Positions 32,044-42,757 of a stretch of 56,402 nucleotides of DNA are shown here, piece by piece (the stretch's first letter is position 1; every line of letters starts with the position of its first letter). Below the pieces are notes generated by a model. It had not been told where the DNA came from. It worked only from the letters and a program-made list of their open reading frames with translations, and did no database searches. The translations under genes and the position numbers were made by a program. This DNA comes from Sphacelaria rigidula. Lineage: Eukaryota. The DNA is taken from NCBI GenBank assembly GCA_964200075.2, contig CAXNAA020000004.1, forward strand, positions 1-56,402. Direction: 5' to 3'.

Positions 32044-33462
32044 TTATATACCCTTGTCACACCCGATCATCTTCTTGAACTTGAACATGGAGACGTAGAT
32101 GTCCGCACCCCTTCGACGATACGCTTTGGTCATCCACTGTAAGTCAGCCGCTGACCTCGAGCACAACGTGCATCCGTCCAAGAACAAGTTCCTCATGGTT
32201 CCTGCTTTGCCGACGTTGTAAAAAAGATCGTGAGCTAGCTCTCCGATGTTGATTTTCTTCAGGCTCAAAGAACTCAGTGAGCTCTTCTCCAAGCTCCTCA
32301 CGACAGACGTCATGCAGCGAGGCCCTAAATCGCACTCGTCTAAACTAAGCGTGTGCAAGAACACACTGCCACCAACGCAGAGTTCCAAAGCCTCCGCCGC
32401 TTCCTCCGCAATCTCGATTCCTATAAGGCTCAGTTCAACGATACTCGAATCCTTCATGGTAGGCAACATTAGGCTACTCACGGCCTCGGATATGCTGAGC
32501 TTACACCTTCTGATGAAAAGCCTCTCGAGCTCCACCGACGAACCAAGGAGCGAAATCACCTTCAGAAGCCCCATAGGAGGGAAACTGCAGTTGGAGAAAA
32601 GTAGCTTCGATATCGGAAGGATATCCAGAGTGTTGAGAAGGACGTCTTGCACAACAACGTCCAGCCTGGTTTGCTCCAGCTGCAAGCAGACCAGCTTTGC
32701 GTCGTCGGGGCGACTCAAAATGGTGTTGAGCAAGTTTACCACAACGGGATTCTCAACCCTTCTGAGCATGATTCCCGTTAGGTTGAACGCCACCAGAGGG
32801 AAGGAGGCGACGGTGTTGTTCTAGAGTCGACCGGAGAGATCCAGGTAATCTGTTGGGCAAGTCCTTTTGCGCAACGCGCGGAAGACGTGGTCGTAGCAGT
32901 TGACACCGACGTCCGTCTTTGCGCTATACAGGACGAATCGCTTGATGGAGGTGTTCTTCATCAGCGGGCCCTTCGCTAGGTCCCAGTGCCTCTTGTCTTG
33001 GAGAAGCAGGCAGTTGTCGCGGTTTCTCTCGAACCTTTTTCGCAAGACCAGCATCTGCCGAGGGGTGAGACTTTCATTGTCGTCCCACATGAACCTCATC
33101 GCGAACATCGACATGAGAGTCCACGACGGGCGCGCACCGGTCACCACCTGAAACCACTTGAACGCCTGGATGCCTTTCTTGTGCATGTCTGCGTGTTTCA
33201 GCATAGTCATATTGAAGTAGTGCTCGCACTTGGTCTCTGGGAGACTGATGGAGAAGACCCCATCCTTCTCGTCAAAGAGCTCTGGCAAGATCTTCGGCCG
33301 CGTAATCATCCTGTAAACAATTTTGTTCGGAATCCACGGGGAGACCACCTGACGGATACCGCTGCACGTGTGTGACAAGAAGACTCGCTCGTTGTCTCGA
33401 CAGAATTCGAGAATCGACCTTAGAAAACCGAAGTCCTTCACCAAGAGCAACGAAGCAGCCAT
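32044..33462 (-). pseudogene. Leucine-rich-repeat (RNI-like) protein interrupted by TAG at 32823-32821
   Basis: LERLFIRRCKLS, IVELSLIGIEI and LHTLSLDECDLG LRRs; the upstream ORF is in the same frame (DLSGRL*NNTVASFPLVAFN). Confidence 0.72.
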
Positions 33463-33664
33463 GGTGAGGGTTGGTGGGGATGTGAAAAAGTGGGTTGGCA
33501 TTGTTGGTTGTGTTTTGCCTCGTTTGACCATTGTTTTCCGTCAAGAAACTTCAACAGCAAGTAATTCGTAGAATTTTTTCGAATAAAAAAATCCAGATCC
33601 TCAGTAATATGCATTTCTTCGATTTATTTTGTGTTCATAATGTCAGGACTAAAGATACACTGCC

Positions 33665-35815
33665 ATGCCGGCGAAGAGTAAACTCAAAAAGTGCAAAGCA
33701 CCTCAACGTCGGAACCCCAAGACTGGGAGATGCAAGAAGCCTACGAGGAGTCTAAAAAAATGCAAAGCACCTCAACGCCGGAATCCTAAGACTAAGAGAT
33801 GCAAGAAGCCCTGCAGGAAGGACCAGGGAGTTAACCCACGCACAAAGAGATGTGTCACGAAGAAGCATCTGAGGACGTTGAACGACTTTGACGACTTTGA
33901 CGACTTTGACGACTTCGACGACTTCGATGGGTATGACAACTTTGGCGAGGTGGGCCGCGACAACCTGAGTGACGTGAGTGACGTGAGTGACTACGAATCC
34001 CAACACCAACCTAATGGCTTCCCTACTTCACCTCGAGTCTTCCCAAGTGTCTCCTCTCCTTCCCCACCTCGAGTCTTCCCAAGTGTCTCCTCCCCTTCCC
34101 CACCTCGACCAAATGGCTCCCCAAGTGTCTCCTCCCCTTCCCCACCTCGACCAAGTGGCTTCCCAAGTGTCTCCTCCCCTTCTCCAAGTGTCCCCTCCTC
34201 TTCTCCACCAAGACCCAGGCGAGTCATGAGGCCAGAACGACGAGTTAGGTTCGATCTACCTCCTCGCGGACCGAACGACCCTCCTCCGGAAAACCGCTTC
34301 GATAGACCTTTACGAAGACGTACGCGGGTGCCTCCTCCACGAGGTAACGTGTTTGACCCGGCAGCAGTGCCTCCTGTGCCTCCTCCTCCACGAGGTAACG
34401 TGTTTGACCCGGCAGCAGTGCCTCCTGTGCCTCCTCCTCTACGAGGTAACGTGTTTGACCCGGCAGCAGTGCCTCCTGTGCCTCCTCCTCCACGAGGCAA
34501 TGTGTTCGATCAGAACCCGGGTTTTAACCCGAGGGATTTCGACAGGAAGCCAGCTGCTGACCCGACAGCAGTGCCTCGTGTCAGGATAGTTTTACACGAC
34601 AGTGAAGCCCCGTATTCCCATGGTTCACACCTCATTTCCAATATCACCCACTTTCTGGACATTTACGTCAGTGAGTGGTTTGATGAGGTAATTGACACGG
34701 TTGGACTAGATGCTCGAGGCGTACTCCTAGACACGTTCAATCTCACAAGAAACCTCGCGACGACGAAAAGTCAGGATGTTCTGATGTCAAACTACACGGA
34801 GGTTTTGAATGACCTCCAGGGTCGGGCCAAAATGTTTACCCAGGTCCTATCTCACAAGAACCCTCTTCTGCAGGACGCTGGTCGGTTGGAGAAGCTCATT
34901 GAAGGGTACATCAAAATCCAAGCCGATATCCGGGCGAGTGAAGACCACGTGAGTCTCGTTGGCACACTTGGTCCGACCACGTATGATGCCGCTCTACACA
35001 ATCTTGCCATCGACGGTTCAGCATTATCTGCGGGAAGCCCGTGTTACGTTGTTTTCCCGGGGATAGAGTGGGTGGACAACAGTAGTGCAACAAAACGCGA
35101 ACGCATGCACGTTGTTAGCTTAGAAGACCCTAACTCTAACCCTCCCCCCCAAACTTCAAATTCTTCGGCTGATTCCACGGGTGTACCTGTACCGGTGTGT
35201 CACCGCCCAGGTTGTACCAGGCCACGATATGTTGAAAATGGAAGAACACACGACTACTGCGGGAGGAGGTGTGTAAACAGTCATCGTACGGGTATTCCTC
35301 CTGCAGTGGCGACGACGTTCAATCCACAGACACTTTGTCACGAGACGCCTTCCATGATTTTGTTTTACGACGAGACTTGTCCTTTTTCTCAGTGGTCGAA
35401 TCACTCGTTTCAACACGAGAACGTCACATACAAGACTGCTGAACATTTCATGATGTCCAAAAAAGCAATTCTCATGGGAGACCGCGCGATGGAGATCGCA
35501 ATCATCGCTGCGCCTGGACCGGGAGACGCGAAGCGCCTGGGTAGAAGTATACGAAATTTCAGTCAGCGTATTTGGGACAACAAAAAAAGAGAAATTGTGC
35601 AAATGTGAAATATTCTCAAGTTTAGACAAAACCCCAATATATTGTCGATGCTTTGTGCCACCGGTAGCAAGACCATGGTGGAGGCCGCTGGGAATGATTT
35701 AGTGTGGAGATGCGGTCTGAAACACAACGACCCTCGTATCCACGATGCTACGAACTGGAGAGGGGAAAATTTGCTCGGGAGAATATTGGACGATGTGAAG
35801 AACATTTTGTGTTGA
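33665..35815 (+). pseudogene. Multidomain protein: NPxTxRC repeats, Pro/Ser repeats, zinc finger and C-terminal NADAR domain; in-frame TGA at 35606-35608
   Basis: FSQW...F...YKTAEHFMMSKKA...AKRLGR..W...IV.M*N..KFRQN...L.ATG...VEA...D.VW..G...WRGENLLGRIL is a complete NADAR domain read through the stop. Confidence 0.85.
34020..34510. repeat. Coding tandem repeats: PSVSSPSPPR-type units and a 51-bp unit (RGNVFDPAAVPPVPPPP) x 3
   Basis: Direct repeats visible, e.g. cgaggtaacg at 34340, 34391 and 34442. Confidence 0.9.
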
Positions 35816-35892
35816 GGACCAGTTAGTATGTAGAATTCCAAATGTACCACACGTTTCACATAACCTCATACAGAACATCGTCGTGTTGACGT

Positions 35893-36382
35893 TCATCTCT
35901 GGTCGTAAGATTGAAGGTTATCAGTGTGGTCTTGAGTGTCTTCGTTGTCTTGACCATCTTTCTCCTCCACCATCTCCTTCTTGAGTGACGATGCAATATT
36001 TCGCGCATTCCTCTCCTTCAGCGCCGCAAACGAGTTCTTAATCTGAGTAATCTTTTCCTCTTGATACTCGACGTTTTCAATGAAGTCCCTCGTAGGGGGA
36101 ATCGGGACCCAAGCGTTCGTGTCTGCCACGTACACGTTAAAGAAGTCGTTTTCTTTGCTTATCTCGGCCGACACTCTGTTGGCCTCTTCTAAGCCGCCGT
36201 ACACGCCGAAGATCTTGATCGCGGAAGGGTTGGGATTGGGGTTCGGGTCGTCGGAAGCTTCCACGATGGACAGGACGACGTAGTTCTGGTTTCGTACAGG
36301 AAACTGATACCCCCACGCCTCTTCAGACCTAGCCTTGATGTCCTCCTCGATGTGCTTCTTTCTTTCCGGTGCGACCATCATG
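35893..36382 (-). CDS. Conserved NCLDV protein (DUF5832-like)
   Basis: QNYVVLSIV...IKIFGVY..LEEA...FNVYVA...WVPIPP...IENVEYQEE pattern; start approximate. Confidence 0.7.
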
Positions 36383-36522
36383 TTTTCAAGAGAATATACC
36401 AGAGAATACCAGAGTCTATGCTGACTTAGACTCATTAAAATCAAAGCCCATGAAACGCGACAAAGGCCACAAAAATGTTTATTAATATATATACTGGAGA
36501 AACATTGTAAAACCCTTCAACG

Positions 36523-36876
36523 ATGTCGCAGCCCTTTGTTGTACCGGACGTAAACGGGACCATACCGTCCATCGAACCGATGCGAGTTCCAGATGTAGTC
36601 TCGGGAGAGAGCGTGGCCGACATCCCAGACTGGACATACAAGAAGTTCAGCGTTTTCGATATTTTTCATTCAAAATTAGGGGTTTCCGCGACCACGGCTG
36701 TCCTCACGTTCGCGTTTCTAGCCTACCTCAACCCCCCCTTCGTGCAACAGAGCGGGGAGAACGACATCGAGATTAGGAAACCATCCCTGAGGGCAATGTA
36801 TGGGATATCGACGGCGGTGTTCCTCTTGCTCATGATCATACCGGTGAACCCACGCCCGCTCGGGTCAAAGCAGTGA
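36523..36876 (+). CDS. Two-TM membrane protein (NPPFV motif)
   Basis: TM-LNPPFVQ-TM layout. Confidence 0.7.
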   Translation: MSQPFVVPDVNGTIPSIEPMRVPDVVSGESVADIPDWTYKKFSVFDIFHSKLGVSATTAVLTFAFLAYLNPPFVQQSGENDIEIRKPSLRAMYGISTAVFLLLMIIPVNPRPLGSKQ

Positions 36877-36952
36877 AGAGGAGTTATAGTAAAATCAAAC
36901 TTCTGCGTAATCTGGAGTATCCGAAAAATGTATTTATAAGTTAGGATATCTC

Positions 36953-38449
36953 ATGGCCGGATCGAGCGTGGAGGCGAAGTCAATATGCGTGAGAAAACTC
37001 GAGGACCTCCTCGTGGACCCGATGTTCACCATCTTCCACGTGCAGCACGCTCAAATCGCGGCCAAGACCGAGACGAACAACTCCTTGATTTATCACCTTC
37101 AGTGTAGCATGGCAAAGGTCAGACATTGGAATTCCACGACGGTCCGCGACTTTTGCGCCAACCTTGTCACCCGATTCCCTGTTCTGGGAGACACTTTTTC
37201 TCACTTGTTCCGAGAACTGCAGGAGCTCACGTACAAGATCCTCAACGAGTCGTCCGACTCGAGCTCCTATGCCCCCATGGAAGAAGAAACGCACACTATT
37301 CTGCATTCTTTCATCTCCGCCTGCAGCGACGCTTTCATCGCGCACACACAGTGGTTCGCGGTGGAAGAGAGTTCCACTGAGTTTCAAAGCTGCAAGAACA
37401 ACGCCAAGATCAGGATGCAACAAGCGAACATCGTTGACAACACAGTCATGAACTTTGTCAAAGCGGGTCCGAAAGAAGAACCCATGATTGATAACACTGT
37501 TGTACCTAGAGCAGCAGAACGATACGATGACGACGACATGTCATTCATGTCTGAGCGATCTCATGGTTCCCATAGCTCTCAGCGTTCTCATGACTCCCAG
37601 CGTTCCCAGCGTAGCCACGGTTCCAAGCATTCCCAAGACTCAAACAAGTCTATCTCATCAAAAGGATCCGACATGCCCGGCAAGAAGTCCATTGACCTCG
37701 TCAGCGGATCTGTCCAAGATGAGACTCTGAACCCTAACCCTAAGCCTGACACAAACATTGACGAAGAACCCCAGTTCTCTACCCCTTTCGCGGATGCAAA
37801 AGTCGAAACTCCAGACACTCAGGCACCGAGCCCGACGAAGAAGACAGAAACTGTGGACTCAGAATTTGAGTCGGAATCCGCGAGTAGCGACTACGACACG
37901 TTTGCCGACTACTCGACAGACGACTACACAGAAGATTCTGATGAATCCCTGTCAGACGACTTGGACGACAATGAAGACTCTGAGAACTCCGAATCCTCTT
38001 CCTCTGACGACTCTGACGACTATGACGACTCCGATTTCTCGTACTCTGATGACTCTGATTCCTCTGAAGTCTCCGACGACTCTGACGACTATGACGACTC
38101 CGATTTCTCGTACTCTGATGACTCTGATTCCTCTGAAGTCTCCGACGACTCTGATGAAGACTCTGACGAAGACTCGAACGAAGACTCGGACGAAGACTCC
38201 GACCAAGACTATTCTGATGACTCAGACCAAGACTCTGACGAAGACTATTCTGATGAATCTAAAGACTTTGATTACTCGGATGATTCCGACATGATTTTCT
38301 CGGGCGATAACGCCTCCGACAAAAAAAGAGAGAAAACCATGCAAGTACCTGTGGATATGTTGTCGCGCATCCTCAGTCTTCAAAGCACACCCAAGAACAA
38401 AAACAAGAACAAGAAAAGACGCCGGTCCAACAAGAACAGGACAAAATGA
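36953..38449 (+). CDS. Hypothetical protein with long Asp/Ser-rich tract
   Basis: 498-aa ORF; 69-bp duplication at about 38006-38143; basic C-terminus. Confidence 0.75.
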   Translation: MAGSSVEAKSICVRKLEDLLVDPMFTIFHVQHAQIAAKTETNNSLIYHLQCSMAKVRHWNSTTVRDFCANLVTRFPVLGDTFSHLFRELQELTYKILNESSDSSSYAPMEEETHTILHSFISACSDAFIAHTQWFAVEESSTEFQSCKNNAKIRMQQANIVDNTVMNFVKAGPKEEPMIDNTVVPRAAERYDDDDMSFMSERSHGSHSSQRSHDSQRSQRSHGSKHSQDSNKSISSKGSDMPGKKSIDLVSGSVQDETLNPNPKPDTNIDEEPQFSTPFADAKVETPDTQAPSPTKKTETVDSEFESESASSDYDTFADYSTDDYTEDSDESLSDDLDDNEDSENSESSSSDDSDDYDDSDFSYSDDSDSSEVSDDSDDYDDSDFSYSDDSDSSEVSDDSDEDSDEDSNEDSDEDSDQDYSDDSDQDSDEDYSDESKDFDYSDDSDMIFSGDNASDKKREKTMQVPVDMLSRILSLQSTPKNKNKNKKRRRSNKNRTK

Positions 38450-38979
38450 TAGTGCAATACATGGACAAACTCGTGAAGTTTGCTCTCGACTTCATCCAGG
38501 AAGGCGATCTCTTGAACGACGACGTTGTTGCCGAACTGGCTCGGGAAGGAGAGAACTGCAAGACCGTCGAAGAGATCAACCGTTGGTTAAAGCTAGTCAA
38601 AGAGAGGCTGAATGGCCCGAATTACAGCCGGATGAAGCATAAATTCGAAGAATTTAACTCGTCGAAAAAGCGCAAGACCGTAAAGCTTGACACCACCAAC
38701 GTTGGAAACGCGGAGGCCAGGTTTGCACTCGACTTTGTTCAGGAAAAGGAACTGTTGTCAGAAGCACGCGTAGCTAATCTTGTGAAGCACGCGGTGATCA
38801 ATAAAAATAAAAGAGATCACGACAGGTGGATGGCATTCGTGAAAGAGTATGTAGGGTCGAAGAACTACAAGGCGATGCAAAGGGAATACACCGAGTTCTG
38901 CAAGAAAGACTGTGGGTTTGAGATTGCAACCACCGGTGACATTTCGGAGATGTTGGAAAAATTCGAGTCACTTACTTAG
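38446..38979 (+). CDS. Hypothetical protein with internal duplication (FALDF[IV]QE x2)
   Basis: Two similar halves: KFALDFIQEGDLL...RWLK and RFALDFVQEKELL...RWMA. Confidence 0.7.
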   Translation: MIVQYMDKLVKFALDFIQEGDLLNDDVVAELAREGENCKTVEEINRWLKLVKERLNGPNYSRMKHKFEEFNSSKKRKTVKLDTTNVGNAEARFALDFVQEKELLSEARVANLVKHAVINKNKRDHDRWMAFVKEYVGSKNYKAMQREYTEFCKKDCGFEIATTGDISEMLEKFESLT

Positions 38980-39033
38980 AGTTATAGGGTCACTTCGTTT
39001 TTTTTACATTTTTTTACTTTTTTTCACGTATTT

Positions 39034-39858
39034 TCAAGAATACTCTTCAATCAAGCTGAGAGCATGTTTTTCGCCGTGTCTACTACGGTAGTACTTCTTT
39101 TGGCGCCACTCGGACACGATGGCCGCCATCTCGGCCTCGGACAGCTTGGCAACGAAGGCGGTGACTACCGAGGCTGACTGCTCCAAATTGACGCGCTTTC
39201 TGCTTAGAGCGAGTTTAAACTCCACTTCTATGTACGTCTTGTCGTCAAGGAGGCGTTCGTACATACCCTGCAGAAACGTCATGACCTTTCGCTTATCGTT
39301 CTGGATGGCGGTATATTGTAGGATCATCGCCTTCCTTTCTTCAGGACTCGTTGTAGTCATCATGTTTGTCAACATGACATCCCTGACGTCAGGGTCCACG
39401 TGGCGCAACAACTTTGCCGACTTGGCCTGGATGAACTGGGTGTCCTCGCCGAGGAGAGACACAAGTTCCGGGAGAAAGGTTGCCATCGCTTGGGGGTTGT
39501 CTTTGTTAGCCTCCCAGTAGGCCGCCTTCTCAAGGCGTACCGCCTCGTCCAACACCATAAATTTCTGGAAGAGAGCCGCGCGTGTCTCCTCGTCAACGCC
39601 AATGCTTTCTAGCACCTGGGGACCAATCGTCTTCACGTCTGTCGGAATAGTCACAGTACTGCCTTCGCCGTTCTTGGAGGTGGCTATGTCCACGACATCG
39701 TTTTCCACAGCGTCGCCACAGACTACCCGGAGAACCCCGTCGTCGCACTGGACAACGATAGCAACAGTTCCAAGCGCCGAGGTCTTGATCACCTCTCCGA
39801 ACATTTTCATGGAGGGGAGATAGACCCGGGATCCCTTGGTCACGTGAGCAGCAGGCAT
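39034..39858 (-). CDS. Hypothetical protein with helical repeats
   Basis: 277-aa ORF; VLESIGVDEETRAALFQKF resembles VLNYMGVSKEVQATMWERW of ORF 49417-49803. Confidence 0.7.
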   Translation of the reverse strand: MPAAHVTKGSRVYLPSMKMFGEVIKTSALGTVAIVVQCDDGVLRVVCGDAVENDVVDIATSKNGEGSTVTIPTDVKTIGPQVLESIGVDEETRAALFQKFMVLDEAVRLEKAAYWEANKDNPQAMATFLPELVSLLGEDTQFIQAKSAKLLRHVDPDVRDVMLTNMMTTTSPEERKAMILQYTAIQNDKRKVMTFLQGMYERLLDDKTYIEVEFKLALSRKRVNLEQSASVVTAFVAKLSEAEMAAIVSEWRQKKYYRSRHGEKHALSLIEEYS

Positions 39859-40001
39859 GCTCAACAAAATGTTTGCTACTCATGCCCAACAATAAAATTG
39901 CCTAAATTCTAATTTTTCGTCTTTTGAGGGATAACCAGAGTGGATTAAAATAAATGTTACTGGTGAAGCTAAGTCTGCCGGCACAAACTCTCAAGAGCAC
40001 C

Positions 40002-40490
40002 ATGACCCTCGAGCGGTTGACCCAAAGGATACAGGAAGAGAACGACAGAGTTGGTAAAGTGAACGGCAGGAGATTCAACATCAGATCGAGGAAGAAGATG
40101 GGGTGGGAGATGCGGAACATTGAGAAGTCGATCGCATCCAAGAAGAGGAGAAAGAAACAAGGTTCGAACAGATCTACCTATACCAAGGAGGAACTCGAAG
40201 AATACAAGGACATCGAGGACAGATTCCGAGCGGATATGCGCTTGTCTCGAGCAGCCCGTGAAACTGTAACCGTGAGGTCCCACACCGTGAAAGTACCAGA
40301 GACGCCGGCGGGAACTCCTGAGAGGTCGTACAAGGGTCCTGAGAGGTCGTACAAGGGTGACAAGGAGCCTTTGAAAAGGTGCCGGTCGTGCAGCTCTTTG
40401 CCTCCTACACCACAAGTTGCGTCTATCTCCAAGACCCCACCTGCGTCAAGTACTTCTGAGCCGGAGATTCGTCGGAAATCCGTCTGTTAA
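40002..40490 (+). CDS. Basic hypothetical protein
   Basis: K/R-rich ORF with an 18-21-bp duplication (PERSYKG x2). Confidence 0.6.
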   Translation: MTLERLTQRIQEENDRVGKVNGRRFNIRSRKKMGWEMRNIEKSIASKKRRKKQGSNRSTYTKEELEEYKDIEDRFRADMRLSRAARETVTVRSHTVKVPETPAGTPERSYKGPERSYKGDKEPLKRCRSCSSLPPTPQVASISKTPPASSTSEPEIRRKSVC

Positions 40491-40535
40491 AATCAACCAT
40501 TATATTGCTTGTACATTGTCGATAAGGAGTAAATA

Positions 40536-41393
40536 ATGGAGAAGGAGGCCTTCCTGGAAACATGCGTTGTTTTAAGCGGGCTCGACGAAGAGTCCATCAT
40601 AAAAACCATTCTCAAAGAAAAGTTCAACAAGGTTCGAGGAAACGAATACCTAGAGACCAACAACAAGGGCCTCCCGACGGGCCTGGATCTCCTAGTGCAC
40701 AACCCCTCACCCGACGACTTCGCCGAGTATGCCTACAGCCTTTGCTCCCTCCAGTGTAGCAAAGACGCCATGGTGAAACACCTTCTGTCAATCCAGTTCG
40801 ACGCCGCCGTCGACTACGCGGCAAGGCCCCGGATCCGGACGAGACAGAGCGCCAAGAAGAGGAAGTCGTGTACTCTCACATCGTCGTCAAGTGCAGAGGA
40901 TTCGGAAGATTCGATAGACAACTCCAAGAGCTCTTCCACTTCCAAAGAGCTGCTGATCCCAAACTACCCTACACCACCTGCCGAAGATCCCAAACTGCCG
41001 CCCAAGCTCAACCTTTTCGTCCGCGGAGACGGCAAAACCATCGTCACGATGGCCGAGATCCTACAAGACTTCTTCCCGGGACACGTCCTCTTGCGACCAG
41101 GGATCTACAGAAAAGGAGACCAGGGATCGTCTAGCAGCAGTTCTTTCGTCTTGCTCGTGGTCGACAACGGACGTTACAAGAACTGCTGGAGCAGCGCCGG
41201 GACCCAGAACAAGCTCACGTGGTACACTTCCAGCGATGATGTCGACAGGGCGATATTCGACGAAGTCACGGGAAAAGCAAGGGTTGTCCATGTCGTACGA
41301 AAGAGAAACTCCGAGATGAGGTACATGGGGAAGTCTCACAAAGTGATTGATATCGACAAGGAAGACGGGTCGTGCGTGATGTATGTCGCGTGA
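40536..41393 (+). CDS. Hypothetical protein with possible C-terminal SRA/PUA-like domain
   Basis: PGIY...FVLLV..GRYKNCW...LTWY...VHVVRK....RYMG resembles SRA-like beta-barrel spacing. Confidence 0.55.
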   Translation: MEKEAFLETCVVLSGLDEESIIKTILKEKFNKVRGNEYLETNNKGLPTGLDLLVHNPSPDDFAEYAYSLCSLQCSKDAMVKHLLSIQFDAAVDYAARPRIRTRQSAKKRKSCTLTSSSSAEDSEDSIDNSKSSSTSKELLIPNYPTPPAEDPKLPPKLNLFVRGDGKTIVTMAEILQDFFPGHVLLRPGIYRKGDQGSSSSSSFVLLVVDNGRYKNCWSSAGTQNKLTWYTSSDDVDRAIFDEVTGKARVVHVVRKRNSEMRYMGKSHKVIDIDKEDGSCVMYVA

Positions 41394-41450
41394 AATAATA
41401 AGCAGTGTAAATATGGAGCAAAGTCGGTCGGTAGGTAGGTTGAACTAAGC

Positions 41451-41900
41451 ATGTGTGAGGTCTACGTTTTGAGACTGGAAGGCGGCAAGTTTTATGTGGG
41501 GAAAACGAACAACGTCAGCAAGAGGTACAGAGAACACCTCGCGGGGTACAAGTCTTCGTCGTGGACGAGGAAGTACAAGCCGATCAGCATCGAAGAAGTC
41601 TACTCGGACGCAGACTCTCTTGACGAGGACAAGATCACGGTCAAGTATATGATGGCTCACGGGATCGAAAACGTTCGCGGAGGGCCGTATGTATCAATTA
41701 AACTACCTGATGAGACGCTGAGAGACATCGTGCAAAGAATTCGAATGGCCTCGAATCGTTGCGTTCGCTGTGGATCAGATGCACACTTTGTGATGGATTG
41801 CGGATTGGTCAAAGAAACGAACAACAAAATCCGGTGCCAAAACTGCTCGAGCGAACACCACTTCACCGAAGACTGTGCCGAAGCTAGAAATTCTTGCTGA
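41451..41900 (+). CDS. GIY-YIG nuclease with two C-terminal CCHC knuckles
   Basis: VYVLRLEGGKFYVGKT....R..EH, ED, NVRGG; CVRCGSDAHFVMDC and CQNCSSEHHFTEDC. Confidence 0.88.
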   Translation: MCEVYVLRLEGGKFYVGKTNNVSKRYREHLAGYKSSSWTRKYKPISIEEVYSDADSLDEDKITVKYMMAHGIENVRGGPYVSIKLPDETLRDIVQRIRMASNRCVRCGSDAHFVMDCGLVKETNNKIRCQNCSSEHHFTEDCAEARNSC

Positions 41901-42696
41901 CACGCAAGCATGACCGATGGTTGTGAAAGTCGATAACGCTGAAAGAAATCACCCACTTCCTAACCAAGATAAGGTCCACCTCCAAGGAGACTTCACAGTC
42001 ACCGCACAAGGAAAACCCGAAGAGGTCGTCGTCGGGATTCTCGCGGATACCCTGACAAAGATGTTCAACCGCAGCTTTCAAGTTTTCCGAATTGCACCCG
42101 ACGAGAGATCCCGTAACATTAATCTCCGTTGTGAGTGCCCGGCAGACGTCGGTTGACAAGAGATCGACAACGCTATCAAAGAAGAGGTCGCCTTCCACGT
42201 TGACCTTGCCACCATGCAAGGAAGGAAGCTCAAGAGGGCCGGAGGAATCTGTGTACGAATACGTCGAGGGACTCCTGAGGCGTAGGCGTCGCGCTAACCC
42301 TGCGTCGGAACTCCCTGACAACACAAAGTTCAGAGGGAATTCTGGCGAGTACGTGTTCAACGCGTCCACCAAGCGTGCTGCGTCGGCGTCACTGAAGTCA
42401 ACCGTGGCAGCTTTGGACGGGTCGACATCTACGTTCAACTTCCCGCTCTCTATCAACCAGCTGCTTATCTCCTTCAGATACTTGTCTAGATGATCTACAC
42501 CACTGCGAGTTCGCTTCTCAAAAATAAACCCACAAAACAACGTAAATCCTAAGTCGTCAGCACTAACCTTGTCAGCACTAACCTCGTCACCACCAATCTC
42601 GTCAGCACTAACCTCGTCACCACTAACCTCAACGTCTTGAGCAGTCTCTTCGCCGTCCACGGACAACCAGTCTGGATCGATTGTGTTGAGATCCAT
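41884..42696 (-). CDS. Hypothetical protein
   Basis: ATG 42696 (MDLNTID); the upstream extension in the ORF track overlaps the OTU gene. Confidence 0.6.
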   Translation of the reverse strand: MDLNTIDPDWLSVDGEETAQDVEVSGDEVSADEIGGDEVSADKVSADDLGFTLFCGFIFEKRTRSGVDHLDKYLKEISSWLIESGKLNVDVDPSKAATVDFSDADAARLVDALNTYSPEFPLNFVLSGSSDAGLARRLRLRSPSTYSYTDSSGPLELPSLHGGKVNVEGDLFFDSVVDLLSTDVCRALTTEINVTGSLVGCNSENLKAAVEHLCQGIRENPDDDLFGFSLCGDCEVSLEVDLILVRKWVISFSVIDFHNHRSCLRVSKNF

Positions 42697-42757
42697 GATA
42701 TTTTTTTGATCATATATTGTGTCACAATTACCCAACAATTGTTTTTGTACAAAAACA

